From: Sarea resinae
Lineage: Eukaryota
Direction: 5' to 3'
NCBI GenBank assembly: GCA_026026165.1
Contig: JAPEUD010000052.1
Coordinates: 62,001-126,000, forward strand
Length of the DNA: 64,000 nt
Shown: in pieces, positions 12,419 to 24,580 of the stretch
How the letters are laid out: the number at the start of each line of letters is the position of its first letter
How positions within the stretch are numbered: the first letter of the stretch is position 1
Made by a program: the position numbers and the translations under genes
Notes under the pieces: model-generated
Seen by the model: the letters and a program-made list of their open reading frames with translations, nothing else
What the model was told of the DNA's origin: nothing
Database searches by the model: none

Positions 12419-15400
12419 ATGGCTGCGACAGCGAAAGAAAGCTCCCCCATGGAGAAGAAGCCAACCTTGACTCCACCGTCTAGTGGAGAAGCCGAGCAGA
12501 TGGCCGATGATTCTTCTTCCGATCTGACGGATATCGATCTCTCCGACAACGAGGGCAACGATGACAACGAGAGCAACGAGGATATTGGAGAAATCGAGCC
12601 AGCCGAGTACTGGCAAGGAGGCAACATTCCAATATTTCGCCCGGTAAGAGCGCACCGAGCCGTCATCAAGCTCCTGCAGCATGTTGCTCGCAGACGGAGA
12701 TCACCGAGACCAGATGCTAACCATTTTGGTGGTTTTGCGCAGACTATGGATCAGTTCCGCAGCTTCAAGAAATACATTGACAAAATTGACAAGTATGGAA
12801 TGAAGGCAGGGATTGTCAAGGTGATTCCGCCAAAGGAGTGGTACGTTGCGCTTTCATTGAATTGGTTTGTGTCGCATGCTGAAGCTGTCGTCCTAGGCGG
12901 GATGCGCTCCCACCTCTCGATGAAGCCGTCAAAACCATCAAAGTCAAGAACCCTATCGAGCAAGATTTCGGCGGCTCTCAAGGAATCTATACGCAAGCGA
13001 ACATTGAGAAGCAGCGATCTTATAACCTGCCACAGTGGAAAGCACTCTGTGAAGAGAGTAGCCATCAACCTCCGGCTCGTAGAGGAGAGCGAAGGCGCAA
13101 TCAGGACAAGGTCAGAAGGAGCGGTGCTGGAAGAGCACGAAGCTCCACCGTGGATCCTTCTTTCACTCGTGCTAGAGACGTCTCCGCTCGTGCTAGTCCA
13201 GAACCCAAGACATCTGAAAGGACCGCCGAGGCTCGCGACCAAGGCTCGAGTTTGAAAAACGAAGTCCCCCCAACGCCGTCGTCTCCGAATGACAAGCCAG
13301 AAATCAAACCTGAGCCGGAAGATGCGGATAATAACAGCAAGCTTGAGGTGGAAGAGCTAGAACCTTCGCCTTCTAAGCCAAGAGGCCGTCAACCGAAGTC
13401 GGTATCCTCACGGAGGAGAAACAACCGACGTGACGCTGCAGATATTGTTGACGAGGCTGCATTCGAGAATTTCGACTATCATCTTGATGGCCTCGATGAA
13501 TTCACTCCCGAGCGATGTCGTGAGCTCGAGGCGGCATATTGGAAATCAGTCACGTTCAATAAGCCCATCTACGGTGCAGATATGCCAGGATCTCTTTTTG
13601 ACGAGAATACGACTAGTTGGAACGTTGCCCACCTCGAGAACCTGCTAGATGTTTTGGGTCAAAAAATCCCTGGAGTCAACACTACGTATCTGTACCTGGG
13701 CATGTGGAAGGCTTCTTTCGCATGGCATCTAGAGGATGTGGACCTGTATAGCATCAACTATATCCATTTTGGAGCTCCCAAGCAATGGTATAGTATTTCT
13801 CAAGCCGATGCTAGGAGGTTTGAGGCCGCAATGAAGAGTAAGATTCCCGACCCCGACTCTATCTTTAGGTCCTCACTGAAACTGTTAGGTATCTGGCCAA
13901 ACGACGCCAAAAATTGCAGTCAATTTCTTCGCCATAAAACCTACCTGATCTCTCCTGCCCTACTGCAGTCCCAATTCAATATCAAAGTCAATCGGCTCGT
14001 GCATAACGAGGGTGAATTTGTCATCACTTACCCTTACGGATACCATTCTGGCTACAATCTCGGCTACAACTGTGCCGAGTCGGTGAACTTTGCCACCGAA
14101 TCGTGGCTTGAATACGGCCGCATAGCTAAGAAGTGCGACTGTGAGCACGACAGTGTTTGGGTGGATGCTGAAGAGATTGGAAGGAAGTTTCGTGGAGAGC
14201 CGACTCCAGAGTACTTTGAAGAGACGGATGAGGATGAAGACGACGATGAAGATGACCAAGGGGCCACCGACCTTCCTACTCCTCCAGCTAGTGTCAAGGG
14301 GAAGCCAAACCAGAGCCGAAAACGCAAGAGGGACACCGATGACAAAGGGTCGAAGTCTAAAGTCAGGCGGGTACGGATTCCAGCTAAAGCACCTGCGCAG
14401 GAGCCATGCGCACTCTGTCCAAATGACATACCGGCGCAAGAGCTTCTCTCCACCGATAACGGCAAGATGGCCCATCGAATCTGTGCTCTTTATACACCCG
14501 AGACTTATATCGAAGAGGAATCTGGAAAGGATATCGTACGCAACGTTGCCAACATCGACAAAGCTCGCTTGGACCTCAAATGCAACTTTTGTCGGTCGAA
14601 ACGTGGAGCTTGCTTTCAGTGCTCGCAGAAGAAGTGTACACGAGCCTACCATGCTACGTGTGCTGCAGCAGCCGGAGTGCAAGTCGACATTGGAGACGTT
14701 CCCGTATTCAGCGAAGACGGAATTGAGTACACCGATACGGGTATTGATTTCCGGTGCCGATTCCACAGGTCTAAGCGGGGGAAGAATGTTGATGGCTTTA
14801 TGCTGGAGGAAGACACAAAGATCAAGGAATATGCAGGCACGCTCAAGAGGGATGACGTTGTTCAGATGCAATATTACCAGGGCGAGATCTTTGCTGGAGT
14901 GGTGGTCGAAAATCGTCCGAGCGAAGAGACATTGCTGGTCGACATAATACCAAAAGGGTGAGTACAGGTCCCCTGTTCCTCAGCTATTTTACTAATGCCC
15001 TCCGCTAGCGACCGCATTGAGCTGGAGTATAAATGGGTTTTGATGTTCGATCCGGCCGACTCTCAGCTTCCCAAGCCCTCTGCAAATGCCAAACCACTGC
15101 CGTCTCACATTGAGAGGAAGACATGCAACGCACCGGATCGTCTCCCTGTAGCGGATGATCCGTTCTGTGACGCTGAAGGACCACATGTCTGGTCTGAGTT
15201 CAATACGGCTGAACCAGAACGCAATCCGGCCCAGGTCAAGATTGACTTCTCAACTCCTAATCAAGTCTGGCACTATCTCGGACGAGATTCTACAGAAGCA
15301 CGACCAAAATACACCGAAGACCTCACCAAGCCACGCCATAACCCCAGCAGCAACTTCTTGGACACTGTCAAACCCGCTCGACCAGCCGTCACATCCTCAA

Positions 15401-16128
15401 CCTCCTTTCCGCGACAATCTTACCCAGCTACTTATCCTACTAGTGCTGCTAGCTATCCACGAGCGAATGGAACCGCTACTTTCGCTCGTCAGCAGCACAC
15501 CCCAGCTAAAACAGAAAGAGCGTACGAGTACAAGCCTAAGTCAAGCATACCATCTTCACTCGGCAACAGCGTTTCGCGACCCGCGACTCAGGCTACACCT
15601 CCCAGTTCTGCTCGCACGCCGCAAACATACAACCCTACTCAAGTTGCGCAGCCGCAACGGCAGTATCATCAGCAGCAGCAAGCGCCCGTGGCAAACATGT
15701 CCTCATCGTCAACGACCTCATCACCGTCCCCAAAGTCGAGAACCTCTAAATCCGGAAATAGCACCCCGCGCAAATCTACACCCGCTCGCCAACAGCAAGC
15801 AGGTGCTCGTTTAGGCGGCGCCGTTTCCAATCATGCCCTGGCTAAATATCCGTTCTATCGCTCGTCGTTTGAAAATCATCTACGTAAATACGAATCGCCT
15901 TATGCTACTAAAGGTGGATTCACTCTACCGTGGACGCCAAGTCAGCTGCAGCTGCAGCAGGAGCCGGAGGGATCGGAGCAAGGGGTAGGGTCCGGGGGAG
16001 GGTTGGCTTCCGGAGGCGGTGTTGGGACCTATGAGGGGTTTTGGGCGAGAATGAAAAATGACGGAGACGGAGCGAGCGAGAAGGGTTGTCCTAGTGGTGC
16101 TGGTGAGAGTGGTGATGCGGGACTGTAG
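12419..16128 (+). CDS. RPH1: JmjN/JmjC histone demethylase of the KDM4/Rph1 family with PHD-like zinc finger (5 exons)
   Basis: JmjN IPIFRP|TMDQFRSF...GIVKVIPPKEW; JmjC YLYLGMWKASFAWHLEDVDLYSINYIHFGAPKQWY...GYHSGYNLGYNCAESVNFA; PHD CNFC...GACFQC...C..AYHATCA. Confidence 0.93.
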
Positions 16129-16249
16129 GTGACGGCTACACTGCGAAAGCATCACAGTGCCAGGGGTCATGATCTTGAGTCTCGACGTCCGTTGTCGCGG
16201 CCGAGGACCTGATTGGATGTCTCTTCCACATCGTCCGGTGCCGGCTCCT

Positions 16250-17560
16250 CCTAGTCTGTCCACCTACCTCTCTACACACACGCATCTCCATCACACATCC
16301 ATCGTCCGACACCACTATCCACCGCCGTGTCAGACCCTCCATCTCGCTTCTCTCCAACCTGGTTTCGTTCTCGTCTTCCTTCGTCCAAATCAATCTTCCC
16401 TTCCCTTCCCTTCCCTTCATCTCCTCCCATGCGACGACTTTCCTCTTCGAGCTCTCTGTTTCTCGGCGTTGGACGCGCTGGCGTTCGTTTGTGTCATTCG
16501 TTTTGTACGGTCGCGCGGCGCTCTCATCTGGCTCCTGGGCTCAAGAACATCACGGGCTTCGGTGTGGTGTGGTGTGGTGTGGTTTTTTTCTTCTTCTTCT
16601 TCTTCTCTTTCTGGCGTCTCGTGTGGGATGAATTGACATGCGATGCGATCCCATGCCATGCGATGCAATGCAATGCAATGCAATGTGACAGGATGCCATG
16701 GGAATACAATGGCCCGGGACGGGACGGGGGAGGTGGGCATGTCTTCGAATGGAATGGGAGTAAAGCGGATGGGAGGAAATGGGACGGGAGGGAATGCAGA
16801 GATAATAACATCATCCATCAATACCTCCATCCAACATCCATCCATCCATTTATCCACTTGGTCTTCGTACCATATCATATCATATCATACCGTATCGTAT
16901 CGTATCGTACTGTACTGTACTATACCGTCGTACCCGTGCCGGTACCGGTACCATAGAGTATATCATCATCATCCAAACTCCATCGTTACTCCGAACTCTA
17001 GATCTTCAGGCTTAAGCTTAAGCTGAAGCTGGAGCTGGAGCTGGAGCGGGTGGTCCTGTGTGCTCCAACGAGGACGAAGGAAATATCGTGGTTTTGGGGA
17101 ATATGTATATATATATATATATATGTATATTTGAATGAGGCGTCTCCTATCTCTCCTGTGTCTCCTGTGTCTCCTGTGTCTCCTATCCTTGATTAGTGAC
17201 CCTTTCCCCCCCCCACCTCCTCCTTCTATGCCCCCATCTACGCCCCGATTGGCCTGGTCTGGACTGGCCTGGTATGGCATGGCCTGGCATTGACTGGCAT
17301 TGACTGGCTTCACTTGTCACTTGTCACTTGTCACTTGTTATGTCACTGGTCACGGTTTTGGTAAACCACGCGTCCAAGTCCGAGGCCGGGAGGTTAATAG
17401 GGGTTTTGGCTCTACTTTTACTCGCGGCCTTTGATTTCGACTTCTCAATCGTCTGTAGCAGGGACATAGACACATAGACACATAGACAAACAAACAGACA
17501 AATAGATATATCTATCTAGGCAAGGAAAGGAAAGTCCCCCTACCCATCCCCTGCTCACCG
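16250..17560. repeat. Mixed microsatellite / low-complexity zone between convergent genes
   Basis: Runs of (TTCCC)n, (GTGTG)n, (TTC)n, (GCAAT)n, (CCAT)n, (CATAT)n, (CGTAT)n, (AT)n, (CTCCTGTGT)3, (CACTTGT)4 and (GACACATA)3. Confidence 0.9.
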
Positions 17561-17931
17561 GACGGGCAACTCGATCTCTGTGCCCGCGCCGCCTTGAGCT
17601 TGGAGGTGCGTCAGTGGGTCCGCTTGGGTTTTGCTTCCTCCTCCTTCTTGTGGTTCTTCTTGGCCGGTAGGTGGGGATGGGGAACAGCATTCGCCTCGTC
17701 CTCCGTTTGCCGCACTTGCTCTTGTGGTTGCGGTTGTGGTTGTGGCTGTGCTGTCCGCGAGGGCGGAAGAGAGGTTCTTGGTGCCTGGGACGTCGAGGGC
17801 AGGATTCCGGGTGAAGAAGTCTGAGGGCTGGAGGTGGACGGTGTGGATCTCGACGGGCCTGTGATGAAGAAAGGTGAGGGTTTTGATTAGTGGATGCTTA
17901 CTTGGTTTGTGTGGGAAGAAGGCTGGGGCTG

Positions 17932-18012
<81 letters not shown>

Positions 18013-20008
18013 GACTCACATGACAGGCCAATCCTCCACCCTCGGATTATGCGTGAGTCCAAACACACTCCACACCACGACATCGGCATCCTCGACGTTG
18101 TCCTGCCGTGCAACCATGTCGGCCACACCTCCGGTCTCGCGCTGACTCTGGTTCGTGAACTCGCCGGCCGCCCACAGTTCGCCGTCCCGGTACCGCGTCA
18201 CCCAGACGTGATGCGTGGCAAACTGGGCCCGCTTGGCCATGACGCTGTCCGGTTGCGCCAGCAGCAGCTGCGTGGGCGAAGGGCTGAACTTGTAGGATAC
18301 GGGCCGCGACGAGATCGGGTTGAGATGGTGCTGGTTGGTGATCTTGATGTTCAGGTTCGTCGAGGGCGAGGCGTCGAGTGATGAAGATGTCTTGATGGGT
18401 GTGGTGACCACTCGATAGGCGTTTCCAAAGGGATTAATTTCCTCAGAGGTCGGGACCGGGACGGATTCTTCGGTGACGACTGTGTTGGTGTAGCCATCGA
18501 CGGCCGGGTCGATGCGGAGACAGAAGATGTGTTGGTGGTTTTGAGCCAGCACCCCTGGGTTGACGACGTTGCCCCAGGGGGACGTCTTGCCCTTGTCGAT
18601 GTTCGTGACGGACACGATTCCCGTAGCCCGGGTCTCAACGGCGATGCCTCCCGCTTGGTCGAACTTGAAGGCAAAGATGTATTCGTAGTTGGCGAGCGTG
18701 ATGACGAATTGGACGACCAGCTCGCGGTTCCGTGTCACGACGGCGCGGCCGGTGCGGTAGTTGGTGTGCTTCCAGCCGATGCCGTTGTCCTGCTCGTGGA
18801 GACAGACGACGTTTTTGAAGGTGCTGGGCGTGCCGGAAACGTCGACAAGCAGGGCGTCGAAATATTTGATCACCCCCAAACAGTCGCAGCCGAGCTGGAG
18901 GTTGTTTGCCGCTCTGCCTGCGCCGCCATCGCCGAAATCAAAGGCTTGCTTGCGGTGGTAAGGCGGTCGAGGGTCGCCGTAGGGGACGGTCTATGATTGA
19001 TCAGCCATTGTTGAAGAAGGGTATGATGAAACTCACCATTTCACTCATGCTCAACCGGTAGAGAACACTGCGGCCATCATATCTCAAATCATGAATGACG
19101 GCACCCTCTCTCGGCGTGAAGCCGACCCTGAATCGCCATTTCTGCCATTCCACGAGGTTTCCGCTGCCGACCTTGAACGAAGGCCCGTCAGGCTGGACCA
19201 CATTCAACGGCTTCAGATCAGCCCGCAGCTCCGTCCCGATGAGTTCAGGAACATATTCGGCTCCACTACAATGCTCCAGAACGTCGGCCGGCGTCGTGTC
19301 CTTGCTCAGTCCGTCGTCGGTGCCGCCGGTCGCCAGTTTGTCGACCCGCACAATCTCGCCCTTGTGAACATCCAGCACCGGGATCAAGGGGATCGGGTAA
19401 GCGTAGTGATTGGAGTCGGCATTGCCATTGCGCGTATCCCGAGCAAAGACCAGCGCTTGCAACAATCGCGGTATCTCTTCGCCCACATCCGGCCCTCCAT
19501 ACGGCCAAGGTTCGAGCACTGCCACGAAGCCCTCGGGCAATTTATACTGAGCGAGGGCGTCTTTGAAGACGGGCGATTGTTCACAGATCTTGAAGAACTT
19601 TAGGAATTCGTCTCTGCAGGTGGTGACAGGATGTCAGTATGGATACGCCGAAAATGCCGGATCGGCTTACTTGAAGAGACTGGGCTGTTGAATCCTGTCG
19701 AAGACTCGGTGGGACACCTCCGCCCCGGCCTGAATGTCGACGATGGACTCCGCTATCTCTCGGGACTTGTCTGGGCGGATCAACTCATACGACACCTTGG
19801 CCGATCTCCTCGGCCGGGGCGTCTCCGAAGTCAATTGGCCGCCATGTTCGGCGTCCAGGAAGGGCACGAGCTCGTTTTTGCGAGGCTCGAGGAGAGAGAT
19901 GGTATGCAAGGCGATGACGGATTCACCGCGTGCCTTGAGAACGCTCTCACGCGCTTGCTTGATCTCGTCGGCACTGAGGGGGTCCAATGGGTGGGGGAGC
20001 TCGATCAT
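17555..20008 (-). CDS. Copper amine oxidase (TPQ-dependent primary amine oxidase), 4 exons
   Basis: PHPLDPLS N-terminus, TPQ consensus ITLANYEYIF, copper ligands NHQH and THNPRVEDWPVM, and FFTRNPALDVP C-terminus. Confidence 0.95.
17936..18008. repeat. (AG)n/(CT)n microsatellite in the last amine oxidase intron
   Basis: Uninterrupted AG dinucleotide run of about 70 bp directly after the GTGAGT donor on the minus strand. Confidence 0.97.
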
Positions 20009-21451
20009 GGTCGCGGACGGCGTGAATCACCACTACACCAGCAATCGATGTCTTTCGATCGAAGAGACAGTAGCCCTGAATGATATATAAACATGGCCAA
20101 ACGAGGTTGATGCATCGTGGGGGAGATGTGTGTCCAGGGACGAGATAGCCAATTCGTAGCAGAAGGCGTAAGGATGTCTGCATGAGTCACGCCCCGAGGG
20201 GTCGCACAGAGGAAGACGGTGGCGGGGTCAGATCACGGATCAAGGACGGGTTGATGATAAGACGAGAACGATAACGATAACATCTTGCAGATCCGATCCC
20301 CAACACCATGTGGGGATTCCGCCCTTCAGTGGAGGCAGCCGAGAGGGGAAACGAACACATTCGGCATGTCCACGCGTTGCATCAACACCATCAACACCAT
20401 CAACACCATGGGAGACGACCCGATTGCATCCCCCTATCTCTCTGACACATGATATATCATGGTGTACAATGGCTTGCGCCGAGTGTGCCATGGAGGAGCC
20501 CTTCATATCACGGTCTGTTGCTGCGGGAGCATTGGCTCAACCTCGAAGCTACAGCGCAAAATGAAATCCAGCGTCTTCCGGTGCAGAGAGACAATCCACG
20601 ACGGGAATCGAACCGGGGCCAGCTGTGCAGAGCAGCGGGTTAGCCTGGGCCAATAGAGTTCGCTGGTGGCGTCGCCCGAAGTCAACACCCCCTTCCCCAA
20701 ACGGCAAAACATCAACACGCGCCTCCTGAAAACGGCAAAAAGCTCGGGGCCTCCCTAAGGGGCCCCTACGAAAACTGGTATGTTTATCTCAGGCAGGGCC
20801 CGTGGGCCCCTCCTTTTTCAGCAATGACGGGTTCTATTAGGTTTTATAGTTTTATAGCGGCGGCCCATAGACCATTGGGGGACTTCTAAAATCTGCCCCC
20901 AAGACTCCATGAGAGACCGAAGTCTCCCAGAGTGCGCCACGACTCCAGTTGCGAAAGAAGAGCATCGAAAGTCGCATATAGACCTCCATCCACCCTGTCA
21001 TCCACACCGTCATTATTGCCCACACGGGCAACCAGAATCGCGCTCTACTCCCACAGTCGTACTGACACCTGCTTTCACACTCACATTCACATCTACTAAC
21101 AACCTGAGGACATCGAGAATACACATTCACAAGGCATTCACTGACCCTTAATCGCGCCAAATAATCACGAGGAGTGCACGCTTCAGAAGATTTACTCGCA
21201 GACATGATCATCAGCGACGGTCCTTTCTTGACCTCCTGTCAACATAACATGGTCAAGGTTTCCAGGCAAAGCATAATCAACAGAGCTAATAATCCTTCAG
21301 AAGAGAAGATCAACTACCATCTATTATTTTCTCATGATCTCTTCCCAGTGGATGAATAGGTGATGATCCATATCAGCTCGAGCGTTTCCTAGCCTCCAAG
21401 CCGCGTCAATCCAGTCCGATCGCTGCTGGTATACGTGAGCGGAGATAAACC

Positions 21452-22234
21452 ATGACAACTCCCCAAGGAGCACTTACGGATGACCCGACCGGGCTCGATT
21501 CCCTTGGGCCTTGTGCACCGGACTTTCGCAGTGGCAGCATGGAGGTTCCAGCTTACATGTTCCATCCCATCACAGGAGAACCCAAGGTCGCGCTCCATGT
21601 GCACACCACCCTGGCGCTCAACGAAGTTGCCTGCGAGCTCGGCAAGGGCTTTTTCTACCACGGCTCCGCGTCCACGTCCATGTACGGCGACATTTTCTAC
21701 GAGGGTCTGGTCTGGGGAAAGTCTCAGCAAGATGCATTCCGCGACATGTCCCACTCGCAGCGCCTAGCCAAGGCGACTGCTTTGAACGGCGAAATCGGAC
21801 CCCGTCGAATGGTCATTGGGATGACCGTCCTTCCGGAGCGCTTTCTGTCGACCACATGGGAGGACTTTGGAGAAGAAGATCAGACTTGCGTCAACATCCG
21901 GCCTGCAGCCGGCGTGCTTTTCCACTTTTACATGAACCGCGGCAATCCAATTCTAGTCGCTCGCGAGGACCTGCTCTCGGACGCCACATTCGAAGCCGGT
22001 CCCACCACGACGACACCGACCGGGTTCGTACGACCTTTGAAGGTGCGGGGACAGCCTTCGGAGCAGCACGAGAATCTGGTTGCTTTTTCGAACCGCTACC
22101 GGGTTAAGGACTACGCGCATGTGGTGCAGCAGATGTTTGAATTCTACTGCGATGCCGAAAATGCGGATGATACTCATGTCTGCTGGGATGAAGTCGTTGA
22201 CAACGCCGTTGACGCCTCAGCTCTCTTGAGATGA
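21452..22234 (+). CDS. Intronless orphan ORF (260 aa) with ADP-ribosyltransferase-like motifs
   Basis: Open 260-codon frame with coding-like codon usage; FFYHGS-x6-GDIFYEG and S-x5-A-x3-A followed by a hydrophobic strand (RMVIGMTV). The function call is by eye only. Confidence 0.6.
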   Translation: MTTPQGALTDDPTGLDSLGPCAPDFRSGSMEVPAYMFHPITGEPKVALHVHTTLALNEVACELGKGFFYHGSASTSMYGDIFYEGLVWGKSQQDAFRDMSHSQRLAKATALNGEIGPRRMVIGMTVLPERFLSTTWEDFGEEDQTCVNIRPAAGVLFHFYMNRGNPILVAREDLLSDATFEAGPTTTTPTGFVRPLKVRGQPSEQHENLVAFSNRYRVKDYAHVVQQMFEFYCDAENADDTHVCWDEVVDNAVDASALLR

Positions 22235-23969
22235 ACATTCAGGCACATGAGTCCGGGTATGACCTTTCTATTTCACTCGATCCTACCTATTCGGACGTTG
22301 CTAGCGTTCAATGCTGCCGTCAGATCCACATTCCCTATTTCGTGTTCGGCGGCTAGGCAGTGGCATTACCTCGTGTCTCTACTGGCTGATCATGTCCCGG
22401 CCCCCTTTCTATCTGGGACAAGGAGTTCAGCAAACAGACGTTTCTATAAAGAAGGTCTATAACTCTTATTCTCTGATCTAATCAGGTCTGCGAGAACAGT
22501 AGTCGGCTGAGAAAAGCCCCCTAGCCAAATAGACCGAATAATATCGGGATCACCAAGACGCCATCAGCTCTGTACCGATTTTCCCTTCTGCTTCTGCTTC
22601 TTCTTCTCGATTTCCTATCCGTTCAGAGAGACACAACGGCTGTCCAACTCACCCAATCATTTTATTCTCCACTGCTTTCTTTCCAGGCCCAGCATTTTCC
22701 ATATTTATTCAACAAATAATGAACTCCCATGTAATTCCTGCCTAATAACATCGAGCTCTCCAATCCTACACGGCCCACAATAACACCATTCACCCACTCC
22801 CCCTAGTAGGTCTGTTAGTCTACTCAAACCACAACAAAGCCTCGCGACCCTCCCTGCGATTCCCTTCCTTCCTCTCTACACTCACACTCACACTTACACG
22901 TCTCCCAACACCATACCCCACGACCCCCCCTGTTCCAGCCATCCATCCCCGGCCTCCTATCCGCTAGGCTCGCATGGCTATCCCGACATCGACGAGCCCA
23001 GTATAGTGAGTTAGTACCTAAGCCTCTTGTCCAATCAAGACCACAAACTGTGATGGATTGTGTCCAAGCGCCTCTGTGCATGTCACTAGGTCATCCCGTG
23101 AGCTCTGTACGATGTCTGTCCTTAGAACTTCTACATCTCCCTGTGGGCGAAAGTTTCAGTAGGCTATTGTCGAACAACAGCGATCGTAACAGGCTATATT
23201 TGGACCGAAATTGCCAAAGATCGAATTCGACGATTGTGAGATATCTAACCCCCTGTTCACGTTTTCGGCGGCAATAGACCGTCATAGTGTGAGGGATTAA
23301 ATGGATCGCACCAGATAAGTGCTAGACGGGCCTGGAGGTACAGGTGCTGCCTTGGTTCGTAATGGCGCTGCTGTGCTCAACGGTTGTAGAGGATATAACC
23401 GTCTAGAAATTCGCTGGTGGAATGCCTCAGAGGCCTTGAATAGGTGGCAGAACAGATGAATTGATTAGAAAGAAGCTATCGGTCTAGTGAAACATGTAAA
23501 TGAAGAAGTGAACTCACTGCTCGACCGTCTGCCTGGTTGATAATTGAACGCACGCAAGGATGACTGCCTCCCTTCAGATTGACCGCCCGAAAAAGACGAT
23601 CCTTCCTGTCAACACCTGATGACTAAGAAGCCATATCCAATTCCAAACCATCACAATAGTTGCGAGCACTTTCGACGAAGACCAATGTCTGCATCATGAT
23701 GATTTTCCCACTTCTGGAAATGCATCCGTCATTAGATCTCGGCTTCTGCTTTACGCATCTGAGCTCGGGTTTCTATTGTCGACCCAAAATTTAGTTGATT
23801 GGATAGATCGTTGAGTATACGCCAACTGCTGGCCGAACAGAAACACACATGCTGGAATCTCTTTTCCCGAGATCACTCCCGCGGGTGCTGTCCACGGAAA
23901 GATGCCGGTGGAGCAGCATTGGCTCGGACGACGTTAAAAAGACTACTCTTAAAGTCAAGGATAAGTGAG

Positions 23970-24494
23970 TTAATAGTATCGTAAATATAATCTGTAAGGT
24001 GGCTTGATATCTTCAATTTGTTTCGAAGTAAAGCCGAAATCTCCAAGGACTGGTCCAAAAAGAGGATTATGAGAGCACAATCCCTTGTGGGGGAAGGTAT
24101 CCTTAGCCCAAACAGGGCCCGGAAACCCATATGATTTGTCTTGCCGGTGCATTGTCCAAAAAACACAACTGAGTGCAGCTTCAAGGGCCACGACAGCAGC
24201 GCGAGACGGCGGTATGTCCGAAGGAGCTGGTATGGGACACTCGGCCAGTAGAGTCTTGTGAGATATCGTGTAGCCATTATGAAGAGCCTCTTTAACATGA
24301 TGAGGACTAAGAAAGCGCTTGTCATGTTCGTATAGCCTTGCACGTACGCCTCTGTACGTCGCCGTTCCGGAGCCGATGTAAACTTGTGGGACGCAGTCTT
24401 TCTTCCGTAGCACCAAAGCATATACGCCCCAAACATTCTTTGGGATAGCTTTCACAGACTCCAGTGGGGTCTGACTGTACTGCGGCCAAGACAT
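23970..24494 (-). CDS. GIY-YIG nuclease-family ORF, apparently 3'-truncated (possible pseudogene)
   Basis: VWGVYALVL...VYIGSGT...GVRARLYEH...VALEAA gives the GIY-YIG G-x-Y, YIG, R, H and E pattern. Similarity to the second copy is lost after ...KQIEDI. Confidence 0.7.
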   Translation of the reverse strand: MSWPQYSQTPLESVKAIPKNVWGVYALVLRKKDCVPQVYIGSGTATYRGVRARLYEHDKRFLSPHHVKEALHNGYTISHKTLLAECPIPAPSDIPPSRAAVVALEAALSCVFWTMHRQDKSYGFPGPVWAKDTFPHKGLCSHNPLFGPVLGDFGFTSKQIEDIKPPYRLYLRYY

Positions 24495-24580
24495 ATATGT
24501 TTGCTCCTTAGAGCGACAAATTTGACGAGCTGCAAGGACTGGTTTTGCTATTAAAGCTATTCATCTATTTGCATGCTATC

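Noticed and set aside
16136..17313. ORFs of 100-200 aa in the microsatellite zone
   Set aside because: Translations of simple repeats with no domain signal. The same applies to ORFs at 45616-46791 and 56182-56993.
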